From assembly GCA_964016885.1 (NCBI GenBank), contig OZ024745.1, forward strand, positions 68,696,001-68,760,000: a stretch of 64,000 nucleotides of DNA, given 5' to 3'. Positions 63,665-64,000 of this stretch are shown piece by piece; within the stretch, counting starts at the first letter, position 1, and the number at the start of each line of letters is the position of its first letter. Origin of the DNA: Eledone cirrhosa. Taxonomy: Eukaryota. A program made the position numbers and the translations under genes. Below the pieces are notes generated by a model. That model had not been told where the DNA came from and made no database searches. It saw only the letters and a list, made by a program, of their open reading frames with translations.

Positions 63665-63746
63665 GCGCCGCGGTCGGGATTTTACCTTCCACTCTCTTTA
63701 AAAAGGCTCAAGCCGAAACCGCTAAACGCCGCGGTCGAGATTTTAC
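63665..63746 (+). ncRNA. Core-mutated hammerhead in a 61-nt repeat unit
   Basis: TCTC-tttaaaaa-GGC tcaa GCC-GAAA-CCGC taaacgcc GCGG-TC^-GAGA: three intact stems with a decayed CUGAAGA(A) box. CGCCGCGGTCG.GATTTTAC is repeated 61 nt apart; TA flanks. Confidence 0.5.
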
Positions 63747-64000
63747 ATCTCATTCTCTCTATATATATCAAATCTAATATAGAAATGGCTTCTACAAGAC
63801 TAGAACTGTTTCATTCAAAATTCACCTATATTAAACTTAATGTTTACACAGTATTGAATACCCTACTAGATATATATATAAATAAATACATATATTATTT
63901 TGCAATCCCCCCCCCCCTCCACCACCAATACAACTAAAATTGTCAGCGATGTGGTCGGTTAGCCTGCTAAATATTACAGCCAAATCTTCAAATTCCAATT

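Overview
AT-rich, repeat-saturated eukaryotic DNA with no intact host protein-coding gene. The SINE families, RTE 3' ends and dense (TA)n/(GA)n/(CA)n/(ATC)n microsatellites suggest an octopus (coleoid cephalopod) genome; this is inferred from remembered repeat sequences, not from a search. Most listed ORFs are microsatellite or antisense artefacts. Supported content: (1) non-LTR retrotransposons of four clades, namely RTE (a 2.9-kb 5'-truncated, disabled copy with RT and a PHD-like finger, plus many 3' fragments), R4/Dong-like and CRE-like restriction-like-endonuclease fragments, and a CR1-like fragment; (2) about 25 or more copies of a ~190-220 bp tRNA-derived SINE that inserts at 5'-ATTA with clear TSDs, plus CORE-type tRNA SINEs, one carrying an RTE 3' tail; (3) piggyBac-like (TTAA) and hAT-like MITEs. 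The main signal not shown by the ORF track is five sequence-unrelated hammerhead-ribozyme (HHR) loci, four of them inside (TA)n tracts and in direct- or inverted-repeat architectures typical of Penelope-like pLTRs and retrozymes. The locus at 44918-45540 has a complete type I HHR and a 464-nt cleavage-to-cleavage monomer. There is also a weak trail of minus-strand exon-like segments with stops and frameshifts, possibly a decayed multi-exon gene, and an apparent rise in CpG content after ~59.2 kb.
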